Source: Deferribacterales bacterium
GTDB taxonomy: Bacteria > Chrysiogenota > Deferribacteres > Deferribacterales > Geovibrionaceae
Assembly (NCBI GenBank): GCA_050253075.1
Contig: JBFWJS010000001.1
Span: 352,001-416,000 of the forward strand
Direction of reading: 5' to 3'
DNA: 64,000 bases
In this document: in pieces, positions 1 through 10,701 of the stretch
How positions within the stretch are numbered: position 1 is the first letter of the stretch
Layout: each line of letters begins with the position of its first letter
Program-made: the position numbers and the translations under genes
The notes under the pieces: model-generated
Databases searched by the model: none
What the model was told of the DNA's origin: nothing
What the model saw: only the letters and a program-made list of their open reading frames with translations

Positions 1-760
1 AGGTGATCAGCACTGAAATAAATCCTATAATAGTGGAAAGCGCCGTATGTTTAGGCGACATCCCTTTGAACTGCTTATAAAAAGTAATACTGCTGTATAT
101 TATCCATGTGATAATCGCAAAGACGAGCTTCGGGCTGAAAACGTTAATGCGTCCACTTGAATAAAACATCCACACAATCCCCGCAAGGAGACCAATGGTG
201 AATGTGTAGAAACCAATGTAAAGGGTAGTATTATTCAGCTTGTTGATAGTGTCAAGAGGCGGAAAGCGTCTGAAGATAATTCCGAAGTTTTTTGTCTTCA
301 GCTGACGCTCCTGGATGAAGTACATCACGCCCGTAAAGGTGGACAGCATGAAGAATGCCGTACCGATTATCGTAAAAGGCAGGTGGATATACAGCCAGAA
401 AGTGACTGCTATGTCATTCTGCGCAGACATCTCCATCCCCGATGTAAAGCGGGATATCATAACGAATATCACTGTCAGCGGAAATACAAAGAGGCCTATG
501 GACGGTCTGCCGTAGCGCAGATACATCGCCAGATAGCCTATCAGCATCGCCATCGTCAAGAGAAGCATAACACCGCTGAGGCTCGCAAACGGAGGCACAG
601 GCAGGCTGTACATGCTGACATACTGCATAACGGTGAAGATAATCGACAACACCACAAAGACGGATGTCACTAGCTCAAGTTTTTTATATCCAAGAAAAAA
701 GTAGAGTGTCACATGCAAAAGAGAAAGGACACAACCCAATAAGGCTAAATCAAAGTACAT
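1..760 (-). CDS. Cytochrome c assembly family membrane protein (CcsA/YpjD/HemX-like), 3' end beyond window edge
   Basis: Not in ORF track; translated by hand from ATG at 760: MYFDLALLGCVL...WLYIHLPFTIIGTAFFML...MYFIQERQLKTKNFGIIFRRFPPLDTINKLN...; multiple TM segments, open to position 1. Confidence 0.75.
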   Translation of the reverse strand, partial: MYFDLALLGCVLSLLHVTLYFFLGYKKLELVTSVFVVLSIIFTVMQYVSMYSLPVPPFASLSGVMLLLTMAMLIGYLAMYLRYGRPSIGLFVFPLTVIFVMISRFTSGMEMSAQNDIAVTFWLYIHLPFTIIGTAFFMLSTFTGVMYFIQERQLKTKNFGIIFRRFPPLDTINKLNNTTLYIGFYTFTIGLLAGIVWMFYSSGRINVFSPKLVFAIITWIIYSSITFYKQFKGMSPKHTALSTIIGFISVLIT

Positions 761-910
761 ATCAGATGTTCTCCCATATGCTCATATTATAAACTCCTTT
801 AAAGTATATAATATTTTAAGCACATTTATGAAGATAAATTTTGTAAACCGATATTGCAAGTTATATTTAAAATAGACTTTTAGTATTTTTTTGTGCTAGT
901 TTACATTTAA

Positions 911-1768
911 ATGAGCTACGAACCTATTTCATTACAACACAAAGACTTGCTGAAAGACAGGCTGAAATCTGTCAGCGTACCTATATCCGAATACAGCTTT
1001 CCAAACCTCTATCTTTTCAGAAATGCTCATCAGTATGAAGTCTTTACATGCGATAACGAGTACTTTGTCAGAGGCAGAACATACGACGACAAGACGTACA
1101 TCATGCCCACAAAAGACATGCGCACATGCTGTACAGACACACTGCACAAGCTGCAGAAAGAGTGCGACTTCTTCTTTCCCATACACGAAGACTGGCTGGA
1201 ATTTTTCAAAGATCAGAATATAGAGTACGATTTCCGTGACGGAGATACCGACTATATTTATACAACAGAAAAGATGCAGACATACAAAGGGCGCAAACTG
1301 CATAAGAAGCGCAACCTTCTGAAACAGTTCAACGAAAGCTATGTGGCAAAAGCCTATGAGATAAGCCCCGAAAGGCTCTCAGACTGCAAATACATACTCG
1401 AAAAATGGATAGAGCTCTCAGGACTCTCAAAGGAAGAGACTGATTATTACGCCTGCTGCGAGGCGATGAAGCTGTATGATCAGCTCTGTATCTGCGGCGG
1501 GATATATTATGTCGACGACGAACCCTGCGGATTTGTAATCGGTGAGGAACTCACAGACGACACATACGTGCTCCACTTCGCAAAAGCACTCACGACTTAT
1601 AAAGGTATCTATCAGTTCCTTTATAACGACTTCGCAAACATACTGCCGAAACGCTACGAGTTCATAAACTTTGAACAGGACCTGGGCAAAACAGCCCTCC
1701 GCATGGCAAAGACAAGCTATTACCCCGACATCCTCGGTAAAAAATACCGTATGACCTTCAAGGACTAA
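911..1768 (+). CDS. DUF2156 / phosphatidylglycerol lysyltransferase C-terminal-like (GNAT-fold) protein
   Basis: SEYSFPNLYLFR, DYIY...YKGRKLHKKRN, LHFAKA...YKGIYQFL, INFEQDLG...LRMAKTSYYP motifs. Confidence 0.8.
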   Translation: MSYEPISLQHKDLLKDRLKSVSVPISEYSFPNLYLFRNAHQYEVFTCDNEYFVRGRTYDDKTYIMPTKDMRTCCTDTLHKLQKECDFFFPIHEDWLEFFKDQNIEYDFRDGDTDYIYTTEKMQTYKGRKLHKKRNLLKQFNESYVAKAYEISPERLSDCKYILEKWIELSGLSKEETDYYACCEAMKLYDQLCICGGIYYVDDEPCGFVIGEELTDDTYVLHFAKALTTYKGIYQFLYNDFANILPKRYEFINFEQDLGKTALRMAKTSYYPDILGKKYRMTFKD

Positions 1769-1777
1769 CAGCCACTT

Positions 1778-2359
1778 TTACATCCCATACTGCTTACGCA
1801 CAGAGTTAATTATTGTATCATATTCCGATAATATATTTTTATCCGTTGAGCGGTCGGCATGTGCATCTGCCAAAACTCTGCAAGCCTTCTCAAAACATTC
1901 TGCTCTTTTACTAGCCGTGATATTTCCGCTCATCTGCTCAACCAGCTCTTCTATCTCTATCGTATATCTGCGGGAGGCACAGACACCTATCTTTTCGTAA
2001 TATTTTTTGCTTATCGCATCGAACAGCGTGTCCGAAATTATCTTTTTATTCTTATCTTTTATCATGATGACATTGTTAAAGCTCTGCTCAGCGAGGACTT
2101 TTCTCTGGATAGATGTATCTGTGTTTTTCGTCGTGGCAGAGATAATGAGGGAGTCTCGGAGTATCTGTACACTGCGCAGCAGTTCCAGTTTCAAGGGTTC
2201 GTTCAGATATTTCTGATTATTCTTTTGGTCAGTTTTATGGTCGTGATAAATGAAGAATGACTCGTTCACTATAGTCTCGAACTCATTATCTGTTGAAAAC
2301 AGCCTTATCAGTAAAACAATAATGCTCCCCGATAAAATAAAGATAATCGCAAGTTCCAT
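1778..2359 (-). CDS. Hypothetical protein with N-terminal TM anchor
   Basis: 193-aa ORF, hydrophobic N-terminus, GAGG RBS upstream, convergent with DUF2156 gene. Confidence 0.6.
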   Translation of the reverse strand: MELAIIFILSGSIIVLLIRLFSTDNEFETIVNESFFIYHDHKTDQKNNQKYLNEPLKLELLRSVQILRDSLIISATTKNTDTSIQRKVLAEQSFNNVIMIKDKNKKIISDTLFDAISKKYYEKIGVCASRRYTIEIEELVEQMSGNITASKRAECFEKACRVLADAHADRSTDKNILSEYDTIINSVRKQYGM

Positions 2360-2411
2360 ATGCTACCTCAAACATTTGAAACATTATTACACATCAAGAA
2401 AATTTATAAAC

Positions 2412-2453
2412 AAAAAAGGGACTCAAAAGAGCCCCTTATGTTTTTTATTTTTT
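2412..2453. terminator. Probable bidirectional intrinsic terminator
   Basis: aaaaaagggactc-aaaa-gagcccct followed by T-rich tract; downstream of fabI on - strand. Confidence 0.55.
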
Positions 2454-2456
2454 CTA

Positions 2457-2492
2457 AGATTGTTTCGTCGGCTATCGCCTTCTCGCAATGAC
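2457..2492 (-). repeat. GTCATT-type palindromic repeat, single arm
   Basis: Reverse complement gtcattgcgagaaggcgatagccgacgaaacaatct closely matches the arm at 21520 (gtcattgcgaggaaggctttagtctgacgacgcaatct). Confidence 0.75.
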
Positions 2493-2534
2493 CCGGAAGT
2501 TGTATAAGCTGCCGGAAGTTAAGCCGAAGATTTT

Positions 2535-2660
2535 TTATAAGCTGCTGGAAGCAAGCAGTTCAAGGCAAGCCGAGGAAAGAAGTGACGAGCATACAAAGGT
2601 ATGTGAGTCATCTTTTTCAGAGGCTTAACGCCGAAATGCGCCGCTTAGAGCGGATTATAA
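2535..2660. repeat. ERIC/MITE-like 126-bp imperfect palindromic element
   Basis: TTATAA termini with imperfect inverted repeats; core caaggc...gagcatac-aaag-gtatgtga...aacgccg; overlaps fabI stop codon. Confidence 0.55.
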
Positions 2661-3422
2661 ACCCATTATGGAGTAACCGCAGTCCACATGAATGACCTCA
2701 CCTGTCACTGCCGACGCCAGATCGGATGCGAGGTACACTGCTGTACGGCCTACATCTTCCTGTGTGCAGTTGTCACGGAGAGGTGCGTTCTCTGCTATGT
2801 GGTTGAAGATCTTTTTAAAGTCGGAGATGCCTGCTGCTGCGAGAGTCTTTATCGGACCTGCGGAGATGGCGTTCACTCTTATCTTTCTGTCGCCCATGTC
2901 GTAGGCGAGGTATTTTGTAGATGATTCGAGTGCTGATTTCGCAACACCCATAACGTTATAGTTTTTGATGACTCTTTCAGCGCCGAGATAAGACATACAA
3001 ATGATGCTTCCGCCGTCGTTCATGATAGGCTCTGCTGCCTTCGCCATTGCCACCAGTGAAAATACGCTGATGTCCATAGCCATAGCAAAGTGGTCTCTCT
3101 GAGTATCGATATATTTGCCTTTAAGCGCATCGCTGGGTGCGAATGCAACGGAGTGGATGAGAATGTCGAAAGTACCCCACTCTTTTTTCACTGTTTCGAA
3201 GCATGCTTCGAGCTCTGCATCGCTTGTAACGTCACATGGAACCATAAATTTGCCGCCGAGTTCCTCGGAGACCTTTTCCACTCTTCCACGCAGTTTTTCG
3301 CCGGCATAGCTGAAAGCAACCTCAGCCCCCTGCTCGATAAAGTTTCTAGCAATGGCGTAGGCAATGCTTTTGTTATTCGCAACGCCGAAGATCAGCGCTT
3401 TCTTTCCTTCGAGAAGTCCCAT
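2655..3422 (-). CDS. fabI: Enoyl-ACP reductase FabI
   Basis: GVANNKSIAYAIA, YNVMGVAKSALE (YxxMxxxK), NAISAGPIKTLAA. Confidence 0.95.
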   Translation of the reverse strand: MGLLEGKKALIFGVANNKSIAYAIARNFIEQGAEVAFSYAGEKLRGRVEKVSEELGGKFMVPCDVTSDAELEACFETVKKEWGTFDILIHSVAFAPSDALKGKYIDTQRDHFAMAMDISVFSLVAMAKAAEPIMNDGGSIICMSYLGAERVIKNYNVMGVAKSALESSTKYLAYDMGDRKIRVNAISAGPIKTLAAAGISDFKKIFNHIAENAPLRDNCTQEDVGRTAVYLASDLASAVTGEVIHVDCGYSIMGL

Positions 3423-3433
3423 GTAAATTCCTC

Positions 3434-4771
3434 CTAAAACATATCCAAAAATTTGGATACATTAATAGATAAACCAATTTCTATGCTTTTGTCAAACTCC
3501 ACTTTCTCAGGAACGAAATATTTTCTGATTCCCATCTTATAGCTTTCGGAAAGTCTGTTGCCCATGTTCGACACGGGTCTTATGACACCTGTCAGACCGA
3601 CCTCGCCGATGAATGTCGTCTGCGGGTCTATGGGTCTGTCACGGAAGGATGAAACAATTGCCGCACATATGGCAAGGTCTGCGCTGGTCTCGGTGATCTT
3701 CATCCCGCCTGCTACATTGATGTATATATCGCTCCCTGCGAGGTTAAGCCCGCCCTTCTTTTCCAGAACGGCGAGCAGCATGTTAAGTCTGTTAAGGTCG
3801 AAGCCCATACAGTTGCGCTTCGGGTATTGATAAAATGTCGGAGCCACAAGCGCCTGCACCTCTACGAGGAAAGCTCTCGTCCCCTCCATAACGGGCACGA
3901 AGACACGCCCTGCGGATGTGTCCTGCTTGTCTTCTACAAAGCTATAGCTGTTCAGCTCCACCAGCCCTTTATCCGTCATTTCGAAGATGCCGACCTCGTT
4001 TGTAGGGCCGAACCTGTTCTTCACAGAGCGGAGTATGCGCACCCCTCTGCTGTAGTCCCCTTCGAAGTAAAGCACTGTATCCACAAGGTGCTCCAAGACC
4101 TTTGGACCTGCGATGTAGCCGTCCTTTGTCACCTGTCCGACTATCATGACGGTTATGCCCCTGCTCTTTGCGAGCTCGACAAGGCGGTAAGTGACATGCT
4201 TCACCTGACCGACAGTACCTGCGGCACTGTTCAGGTCGTCTGAGGCTATGGTCTGTATGGAGTCTAGTATTATATAATCAGGCTTCTCCCCTTCGCATGC
4301 CTGAAGAACGTCTTCGAGGCTGTTGGTGGAGAGTATGTCTATCTCATTATCTGAAACGCCGAGCCTGTCCGCACGCAGTCGAAGCTGTGCTGCGGATTCC
4401 TCGCCCGAAACGTATAAAACTTTTAATCTGTCTCTGGAGAGTATCCCTGCGCATTGAAGCATGATGGTGGATTTGCCTATCCCGGGCTCTCCGCCCACAA
4501 GGAGTACTGAGCCCTTCACCAATCCGCCGCCCAGAACCTGATCCAGCTCGGGCATGCCTGTCGGTGTGCGCTCTGTCTCGAGCCCTTTCACGTCTTTCAG
4601 ACTGACGGGTTTAACTTTCGGGTTACGCTTTGCTATTGCCGCCGTGCTCTCTTCGAGGGGAATTTCCTCCACAAAGCTGCTCCAGCTGCTGCACTCGGGG
4701 CATTTGCCTATCCATCCGGGGCTGACATACCCGCAGGACTGACATACGTATTTGGATTTTTTCTTAGCCAC
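3434..4771 (-). CDS. radA: DNA repair protein RadA/Sms
   Basis: N-terminal C4 zinc finger, Walker A GGEPGIGKST, KNRFG motif, Lon-like C-terminus. Confidence 0.97.
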   Translation of the reverse strand: MAKKKSKYVCQSCGYVSPGWIGKCPECSSWSSFVEEIPLEESTAAIAKRNPKVKPVSLKDVKGLETERTPTGMPELDQVLGGGLVKGSVLLVGGEPGIGKSTIMLQCAGILSRDRLKVLYVSGEESAAQLRLRADRLGVSDNEIDILSTNSLEDVLQACEGEKPDYIILDSIQTIASDDLNSAAGTVGQVKHVTYRLVELAKSRGITVMIVGQVTKDGYIAGPKVLEHLVDTVLYFEGDYSRGVRILRSVKNRFGPTNEVGIFEMTDKGLVELNSYSFVEDKQDTSAGRVFVPVMEGTRAFLVEVQALVAPTFYQYPKRNCMGFDLNRLNMLLAVLEKKGGLNLAGSDIYINVAGGMKITETSADLAICAAIVSSFRDRPIDPQTTFIGEVGLTGVIRPVSNMGNRLSESYKMGIRKYFVPEKVEFDKSIEIGLSINVSKFLDMF

Positions 4772-5799
4772 TATTCATCACCGTCCAGAAAATCTGCAAC
4801 ACTCAGCCTGCCCGGCACAGACATCTTAAGATGTTCATATGCCATAGCTGTCGCCATGCGTCCTCTCGGTGTTTTTTTGATAAATCCCCGATATATAAGG
4901 TAAGGCTCGATAACGTCCTCTATGGTGTCACGCTCCTCGCTCATTGTGGCTGCGAGGGTGTCCACGCCGACGGGACCGCCTTCATATTTTTCTATAATGG
5001 AAAGGAGCAGATTCCTGTCGGAGGCGTCCAGCCCTTCGGAGTCTATCTCCAGCTTCTGGAGGCTTTCTTTTGCCAGCTCCAGAGAGATGTAGCCGTTGTT
5101 AAGGATATCTGCGAAGTCACGTACACGGCGGAGTATTCGGTGTGCGATACGGGGTGTGCCTCGGCTTCTGCCTGCGATCTCTTTCGCTGCTGCGGGGTCT
5201 ATTTTCGCACCGAGGATGTCCGCACCGCGGAGCATGATGCTCTTCAGCTCTTCCACATCATAGAACTCAAGGCGCATTATCATGCCGAATCTGTCCCGAA
5301 GGGGGGATGTAAGGAGCCCTGCACGGGTTGTCGCACCGATGAGAGTGAAAGGCGGCAGGTCTATCTTAACAGTTCTGGCTGCGGGACCCTGACCTATCAG
5401 GATATCCAGCTTAAAGTCCTCCATAGCAGGGTAGAGTATCTCCTCTACGTTGCTGTGGAGTCTGTGTATCTCGTCTATGAAGAGGACGTCCCCTTCCTGT
5501 ATGTTTGTGAGTATGGCTGCGAGGTCTCCCGCCTTGTCTATGACAGGTCCGCTGGTGGAGTTTATATTAACGCCGAGCTCGTGGGAGATGATGTTCGCGA
5601 GAGTTGTCTTCCCCAGTCCGGGAGGCCCGTGAAAGAGGCAATGGTCGAGGGATTCGCCCCTCTGTTTTGCTGCCTGTACGAATACTTTGAGGTTTTCCTT
5701 CACTTTCCTCTGCCCGACATAGTCGTCGAAACCTGTCGGCCTGATGGAAGATGTCTGAAAATCTTCCGGCTGTTTATCGTCTGAAAAGATGTTTTCCAT
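4771..5799 (-). CDS. ruvB: Holliday junction branch migration helicase RuvB
   Basis: [32 protein letters not shown]...TPRGR. Confidence 0.97.
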   Translation of the reverse strand: MENIFSDDKQPEDFQTSSIRPTGFDDYVGQRKVKENLKVFVQAAKQRGESLDHCLFHGPPGLGKTTLANIISHELGVNINSTSGPVIDKAGDLAAILTNIQEGDVLFIDEIHRLHSNVEEILYPAMEDFKLDILIGQGPAARTVKIDLPPFTLIGATTRAGLLTSPLRDRFGMIMRLEFYDVEELKSIMLRGADILGAKIDPAAAKEIAGRSRGTPRIAHRILRRVRDFADILNNGYISLELAKESLQKLEIDSEGLDASDRNLLLSIIEKYEGGPVGVDTLAATMSEERDTIEDVIEPYLIYRGFIKKTPRGRMATAMAYEHLKMSVPGRLSVADFLDGDE

Positions 5800-5961
5800 A
5801 GATACTCCAATGAATACTTACTCATGATATCAGCTTATCTCTTTGCAGGCAATATCTGTGTTATTCAACATTTTTCGCACATTTGTTTACAACTACAATA
5901 CTATAGCGTTATAATTATAAATATATACAACACACACACAAATTTTGTTCAGGGGTAACAT

Positions 5962-8385
5962 ATGCGCACTAATATCAAAACGAAGATTTTCGGAGTAGCG
6001 TTTCTGGGGGTAATCTTCATCACACTTTTCAACTCTTTTCTGGATTACAGATCATTCAAAAAGGAGCTGGGACTAAGTACTTCTAAAACTTTCCATCAGG
6101 CTGAAAAAAGTCTTAATAACGTTCTCGAAAGCACATTCAAAGACCTGTCGCTGACGGTATTTACCATCGCGACAGACCCGCAGATAACCGAACTGTTCGC
6201 AAACGGTGACAGAGACGGGCTGGCGAAGGCACTCGTGCCTTATTACAAAGCGATAAAGGATGAGCATGAAATAAAGCAATTTCAGTTTCACCTGCCTCCC
6301 GCCACCAGCTTTTTACGTCTGCATAAGCCTGAGAAATTCGGGGACGACCTTTCATCTTTCCGTGCTACGGTCATCGAGACAAACAAGACTCAGAAGCCTA
6401 TAACAGGGCTCGAAGTCGGACGTGGAGGACCGGGGCTCAGGGTTGTCTACCCTGTCTTTCACAATGGCAAACATGTAGGCAGTGTCGAATTCGGCGGATC
6501 TATCAATAACATAGTAAAGCAGACAGCAGACCTCTACGGCATGCAGTACTCCATAGGCATACTGGACAGCGTATTTAAAAAGGCTAAGAGGTTCGAAGCT
6601 GAGCCCGCAGACGTTGTCGTTGATAATGTCGTCTACTACATGCACTCATCCGAAGCCATGCCTTACTTCCTGCAAAACAGCAAGAATGGCTCGGCTACAT
6701 ATGAAGGCGATGCATACCGGATATATCCTGTGGAGCTGAGAGACTATACAGGCAGTGTCGCAGGCGATCTTATGCTTGTGATGAATGTGCAGGATCTCAT
6801 CACCTCCGAGTGGAAGGCGCTCACCTTCAAACTGTTCACAAACATACTGCTGGCGATGGCGTTATCAGCCATACTTTTTGCCATTATCAAGTTTGTCTTC
6901 AAACCTCTGAACAACTTTGTCGCTATGGCAAAGGAGCTGGCGAGCGGACAAGGAGACCTGTCAAAGAATGTTCCTATCAAGCTCCCCGATGCGAAAAAGA
7001 TGGTCAAAGGGAACGACTCCGCTTTCGCTCAGCACAGCGAATCGACACCGTGCTGGTATTACATGGGCGTTTTCGGCAGTAAGAAATGCCCGCAGTTATC
7101 ATCTGTGAAATCATGTCAGGCATGCTCCGTATTCAAAGCGGCATCCCACGACGAGATATCCGAGATGTCCATATTCGTTAATATATTCCTGAGAAACATA
7201 GAAAAAGACTTCGCACAGGCACTCTACACCCTGTCTAATGCTAGTGAGGCGACAGTGCCTATCTCGAGCGGTATCGTGAATGTGACAGGCAAAAGTGACG
7301 AGAACGTTATGCTCTCCTCACAGGTGGCTGCCGCCAGTGAAGAGATGAGCACCACCATCTCCGAGATAGCACAGAACAGCACAGACTCCGCAGGCAAAGC
7401 GGAAGAAACCGTCAGCATGGCAGAGGAAGGCGGACATGCCGTTATGGATGCAGCCAGATTCTCCGAAGAGGCGACAAAGGTTCTCGACTCTCTGAAAGAG
7501 GAGATCAGCGGACTGAAAGACAACGCACAGCAGATAGGTCAGGTGATAAACGTTATCGACGATATATCCGAACAGACAAACCTGCTGGCACTTAACGCTG
7601 CCATTGAAGCGGCCAGAGCGGGCGAACACGGACGTGGCTTCGCCGTTGTTGCCGACGAAGTAAGGAAACTCGCTGAAAAGACCCAGGCATCCACCAAAGA
7701 GATTGCCACCATGATACACAGGATACAGTCTGATGTTACCCACGTTATATCATCTACAGACACAGTTTCCGAATCTGTTACGAAACAGCGTGAGGTCGCA
7801 GGGGGGCTGGCATCCAACTTCGACAACATCGTCAACTCCATCAGGGAGCTGAGCGACCTTGTGACTGGCATATCCGCAGCGGTGGAGGAGCAGTCCACTG
7901 CAACGGGCGAAATAGCCGCCAGCGTAGAGAGCGTAGCGACTCTCTCGGGAGATACAAAGGATGTGGTGAACTCGTTCATATCCGAGATAGACGTGCTCCT
8001 CAGCAACATGGACAAGCTGTCCACTATGTTTTCCAGATTTAAACTGAGCCGTAAAGGGACAGTATTTGCAAAAGGAAAGCTGGAGTATCTGAACCTGACA
8101 AAGATGGTTTTCAACTGTTATCTGAAAGATCAGTGCGAGCTGTCATTCCCCAGCACGGGAGCCACAGCGTTCGGTAAATATATGGATACCAGCTTCAGAA
8201 AAGAGTTCCCCGGTGAAAATGCCGAAGAGCTGAACCGTGTCATACAAACGTTCCACTCATCATGCACTAATTCCATAAAGCGAGTGCACGACCATGTGGC
8301 GGACGGTTCATCGCTTGTTCATGTGGTGGACAGTGTTCGGGATCTATGCACCGTCTTCGACAGACTGATGGAGAAATACAGCTAG
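5962..8385 (+). CDS. Methyl-accepting chemotaxis protein (Cache-type sensor, HAMP with Cys-rich insert, MA domain, CZB-like C-terminus)
   Basis: Two TM segments flanking [25 protein letters not shown]; signalling hairpin [35 protein letters not shown]. Confidence 0.93.
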   Translation: MRTNIKTKIFGVAFLGVIFITLFNSFLDYRSFKKELGLSTSKTFHQAEKSLNNVLESTFKDLSLTVFTIATDPQITELFANGDRDGLAKALVPYYKAIKDEHEIKQFQFHLPPATSFLRLHKPEKFGDDLSSFRATVIETNKTQKPITGLEVGRGGPGLRVVYPVFHNGKHVGSVEFGGSINNIVKQTADLYGMQYSIGILDSVFKKAKRFEAEPADVVVDNVVYYMHSSEAMPYFLQNSKNGSATYEGDAYRIYPVELRDYTGSVAGDLMLVMNVQDLITSEWKALTFKLFTNILLAMALSAILFAIIKFVFKPLNNFVAMAKELASGQGDLSKNVPIKLPDAKKMVKGNDSAFAQHSESTPCWYYMGVFGSKKCPQLSSVKSCQACSVFKAASHDEISEMSIFVNIFLRNIEKDFAQALYTLSNASEATVPISSGIVNVTGKSDENVMLSSQVAAASEEMSTTISEIAQNSTDSAGKAEETVSMAEEGGHAVMDAARFSEEATKVLDSLKEEISGLKDNAQQIGQVINVIDDISEQTNLLALNAAIEAARAGEHGRGFAVVADEVRKLAEKTQASTKEIATMIHRIQSDVTHVISSTDTVSESVTKQREVAGGLASNFDNIVNSIRELSDLVTGISAAVEEQSTATGEIAASVESVATLSGDTKDVVNSFISEIDVLLSNMDKLSTMFSRFKLSRKGTVFAKGKLEYLNLTKMVFNCYLKDQCELSFPSTGATAFGKYMDTSFRKEFPGENAEELNRVIQTFHSSCTNSIKRVHDHVADGSSLVHVVDSVRDLCTVFDRLMEKYS

Positions 8386-8394
8386 AATAAGCAT

Positions 8395-8431
8395 AAAAAA
8401 AGGGAGCCCGTTATGAGCTCCCTTTTATTTT
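8395..8431. terminator. Bidirectional intrinsic terminator between MCP and ackA
   Basis: aaaaaaagggagc...gctcccttttattt between convergent genes. Confidence 0.75.
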
Positions 8432-8445
8432 GTAAGGCGTGTGCC

Positions 8446-9702
8446 TTATATCTTAGTTTTGAATGTGTACGGGTATTCGGTGTGGTCTTTGTATGTGCCG
8501 TTCAGAATGGCAACAACATCCTCCACGAAAACGAGCTCTTCGTTTGTAGGGATCACGAAAACCTTAACCTTTGAGTCCGGTGTGGATATCTCTGTCTCTC
8601 CGTGTTTGGAGAATGTCGCAAGGTTTTTATCCCTGTCGACCTTGATACCCATATGCTCGAGCCCTTCGACAGCCAGCTGGCGTATAGCCCCTGCGTTTTC
8701 ACCAACTCCCGCCGTGAAGACTATCGCATCCAGCCTTCCGAGGACAGCATAGTAAGAGCCGATGTATTTACGCAGTCGGTATGACTCCACCTCTATGGCG
8801 AGGGAGCATCTGTGTTTGTATTCGTCATCCTCACACATAAGAACGTCACGTCTGTCTGTGTATCGTCCCGTAATGCCGAGGATTCCTGATTTTTTATTAA
8901 GGATATTGTCCATTGTCTTTGCATCAACATCAAGCTGCTGCTGCATGAAGAGAGGAACCGCAGGGTCGATGTCGCCGCATCTTGTTCCCATCATAGCACC
9001 TTCGAGAGGTGTGAGACCCATTGATGTATCGACGGACACTCCGCCCTTTATAGCCGTGTGGGAAACACCGTTACCTATGTGCATCGTAATGATGTTGCAG
9101 TCCTTCGCATCTTTGCCGAGCATAGCCGCAGCACGCTTTGAAACGTACAGGTGGCTTGTGCCGTGGAAGCCGTAGCGTCTCACGCCGAATTCCTCATACC
9201 ACTCGTATGGCACGGGATACATATAAGCGTGGGCGGGCATTGTCTGATGGAAAGCAGTGTCGAATATCGCAACATGGGGAACATTCGGCATAACTTTCTG
9301 AGCAGCTCTGATACCTGCGAGGTTTGGCGGGTTATGCAGAGGCGCAAGGTGCTGAACATCCTCGATAGTCTTTATAACTTCCGGTGTGAGCAGTACGGAG
9401 CTGGCGAACTTGTCACCGCCGTGTACCACACGGTGTCCTACGGCGGATATGCGGTCCATCGTGTCGATGACCTTATATTCGCCTGATGTGAGTGTACGCA
9501 CGATGAGGCTTACAGCCGTGGAGTGGTCGTGACACTCGTATTCTTCTCTGTGTGTATCTTTGCCGTCTGCCTCGTGCACTATGAATGAGTCACCGATACC
9601 GATCCTCTCCACAACGCCTTTGGCGATAACTTTTTTATTTTCCCAATCGTAAAGCTGGTATTTTACTGATGAACTTCCGCAGTTCAGAGCCAGTATATCC
9701 AC
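8446..9702 (-). CDS. ackA: Acetate kinase
   Basis: LALNCGSSSVKYQL, GHRVVHGG, FDTAFHQT, RRYGFHGTSH, IPTNEE. Confidence 0.96.
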   Translation of the reverse strand: MDILALNCGSSSVKYQLYDWENKKVIAKGVVERIGIGDSFIVHEADGKDTHREEYECHDHSTAVSLIVRTLTSGEYKVIDTMDRISAVGHRVVHGGDKFASSVLLTPEVIKTIEDVQHLAPLHNPPNLAGIRAAQKVMPNVPHVAIFDTAFHQTMPAHAYMYPVPYEWYEEFGVRRYGFHGTSHLYVSKRAAAMLGKDAKDCNIITMHIGNGVSHTAIKGGVSVDTSMGLTPLEGAMMGTRCGDIDPAVPLFMQQQLDVDAKTMDNILNKKSGILGITGRYTDRRDVLMCEDDEYKHRCSLAIEVESYRLRKYIGSYYAVLGRLDAIVFTAGVGENAGAIRQLAVEGLEHMGIKVDRDKNLATFSKHGETEISTPDSKVKVFVIPTNEELVFVEDVVAILNGTYKDHTEYPYTFKTKI

Positions 9703-9711
9703 AAGTCCCTC

Positions 9712-10701
9712 CTAATCAGCCTGCACAGCCGTTATAGCTGCCACATTGACTATATCCATGTATTTGCAACCTCTGGAGAGGTCGTTAACAGGTTTTGCAA
9801 GCCCCTGAATAACAGGACCGATGGCTTCTGCGCCTGCGAGTCTTTCGACAAGTTTGTATCCGATGTTTCCTGCGTCGAGAGTAGGAAAAACTAGTACGTT
9901 CGCCTTTCCTGCGACATCACTGCCGGGAGCTTTCTTTGCGCCGACAGCCTCGAGGAGTGCTGCATCTGCCTGAAGCTCGCCGTCGATAGCGAGGTCAGGA
10001 GCGAGCTCCTTCGCAACTTTAAGTGCCTCACGAACCTTTGTAACATCGTCGTGCTCGGCAGAGCCCTTTGTAGAGAATGAAAGCATAGCAACCTTCGGCT
10101 CGACCTCGAGGAAAGATTTGCAGCTAGCGGCTGTCGCCACTGCTATCTCGCCCAGTGTCTTTGCGTCTGGATTAGGGTTTACGGCGCAGTCGGCAAATAC
10201 GACGGCTCCGTCCTCTCCGAACTCCTTCTTAGGGAGCACCATGATGAAGCAGCTGGACACGGTTTTCATCCCCGGCTTTGTACCGATGATGCGGATGGCA
10301 GCTCTGAGCACGTCGCCTGTGGTATGGCAGGCACCCGTAACGGCTCCGTCGGCTATCCCTTTCTGCACCAGCATAGAGCCGAAATAGAGCACGTCTTTCA
10401 TGCTCTCTGCGGCCTCTTCCATAGTGAGTCCTTTTGATTTTCTGCTTTCGTAATATGTATTTGTAAAATCTTCAAGGTATGCGCTCTTAGCGGGTTCGAT
10501 GATCTCGCACCTCACCTCATACCCTTTGGATTCAAACGCTTTTCTGATATCGGCCTCATTACCGAGGAGTATAATTTTGCATAGACCGTTCTCGGCAATT
10601 GCGTTCGCCGCATCGATCGTTCTTTCATCTTCACCCTCGGGAAGGACGATTGTTTTGTTTCTGGATTTCGCTATAGTCCAGAATTTATCCATAAGAGACA
10701 T
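9712..10701 (-). CDS. pta: Phosphate acetyltransferase (short form)
   Basis: [37 protein letters not shown]; start moved to ATG 10701 (MSLMDKF) preceded by GGAGG. Confidence 0.95.
   Translation of the reverse strand: MSLMDKFWTIAKSRNKTIVLPEGEDERTIDAANAIAENGLCKIILLGNEADIRKAFESKGYEVRCEIIEPAKSAYLEDFTNTYYESRKSKGLTMEEAAESMKDVLYFGSMLVQKGIADGAVTGACHTTGDVLRAAIRIIGTKPGMKTVSSCFIMVLPKKEFGEDGAVVFADCAVNPNPDAKTLGEIAVATAASCKSFLEVEPKVAMLSFSTKGSAEHDDVTKVREALKVAKELAPDLAIDGELQADAALLEAVGAKKAPGSDVAGKANVLVFPTLDAGNIGYKLVERLAGAEAIGPVIQGLAKPVNDLSRGCKYMDIVNVAAITAVQAD

Noticed and set aside
315..673. Two + strand ORFs (66 and 96 aa)
   Set aside because: Antisense shadows of the CcsA-like gene on the - strand, which the ORF track missed because it runs off the edge
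2495..2552. Repeated tataagctgc.ggaag as a possible CRISPR repeat
   Set aside because: Only two short copies, no regular spacers, no cas genes; fits a duplicated end of the ERIC-like element
4831..5784. Long 317-aa + strand ORF, and similar antisense ORFs over dnaK, dnaJ, hrcA/grpE, folD and the hybrid kinase
   Set aside because: Fully antisense to well-conserved genes, with no motifs; expected codon-bias shadows
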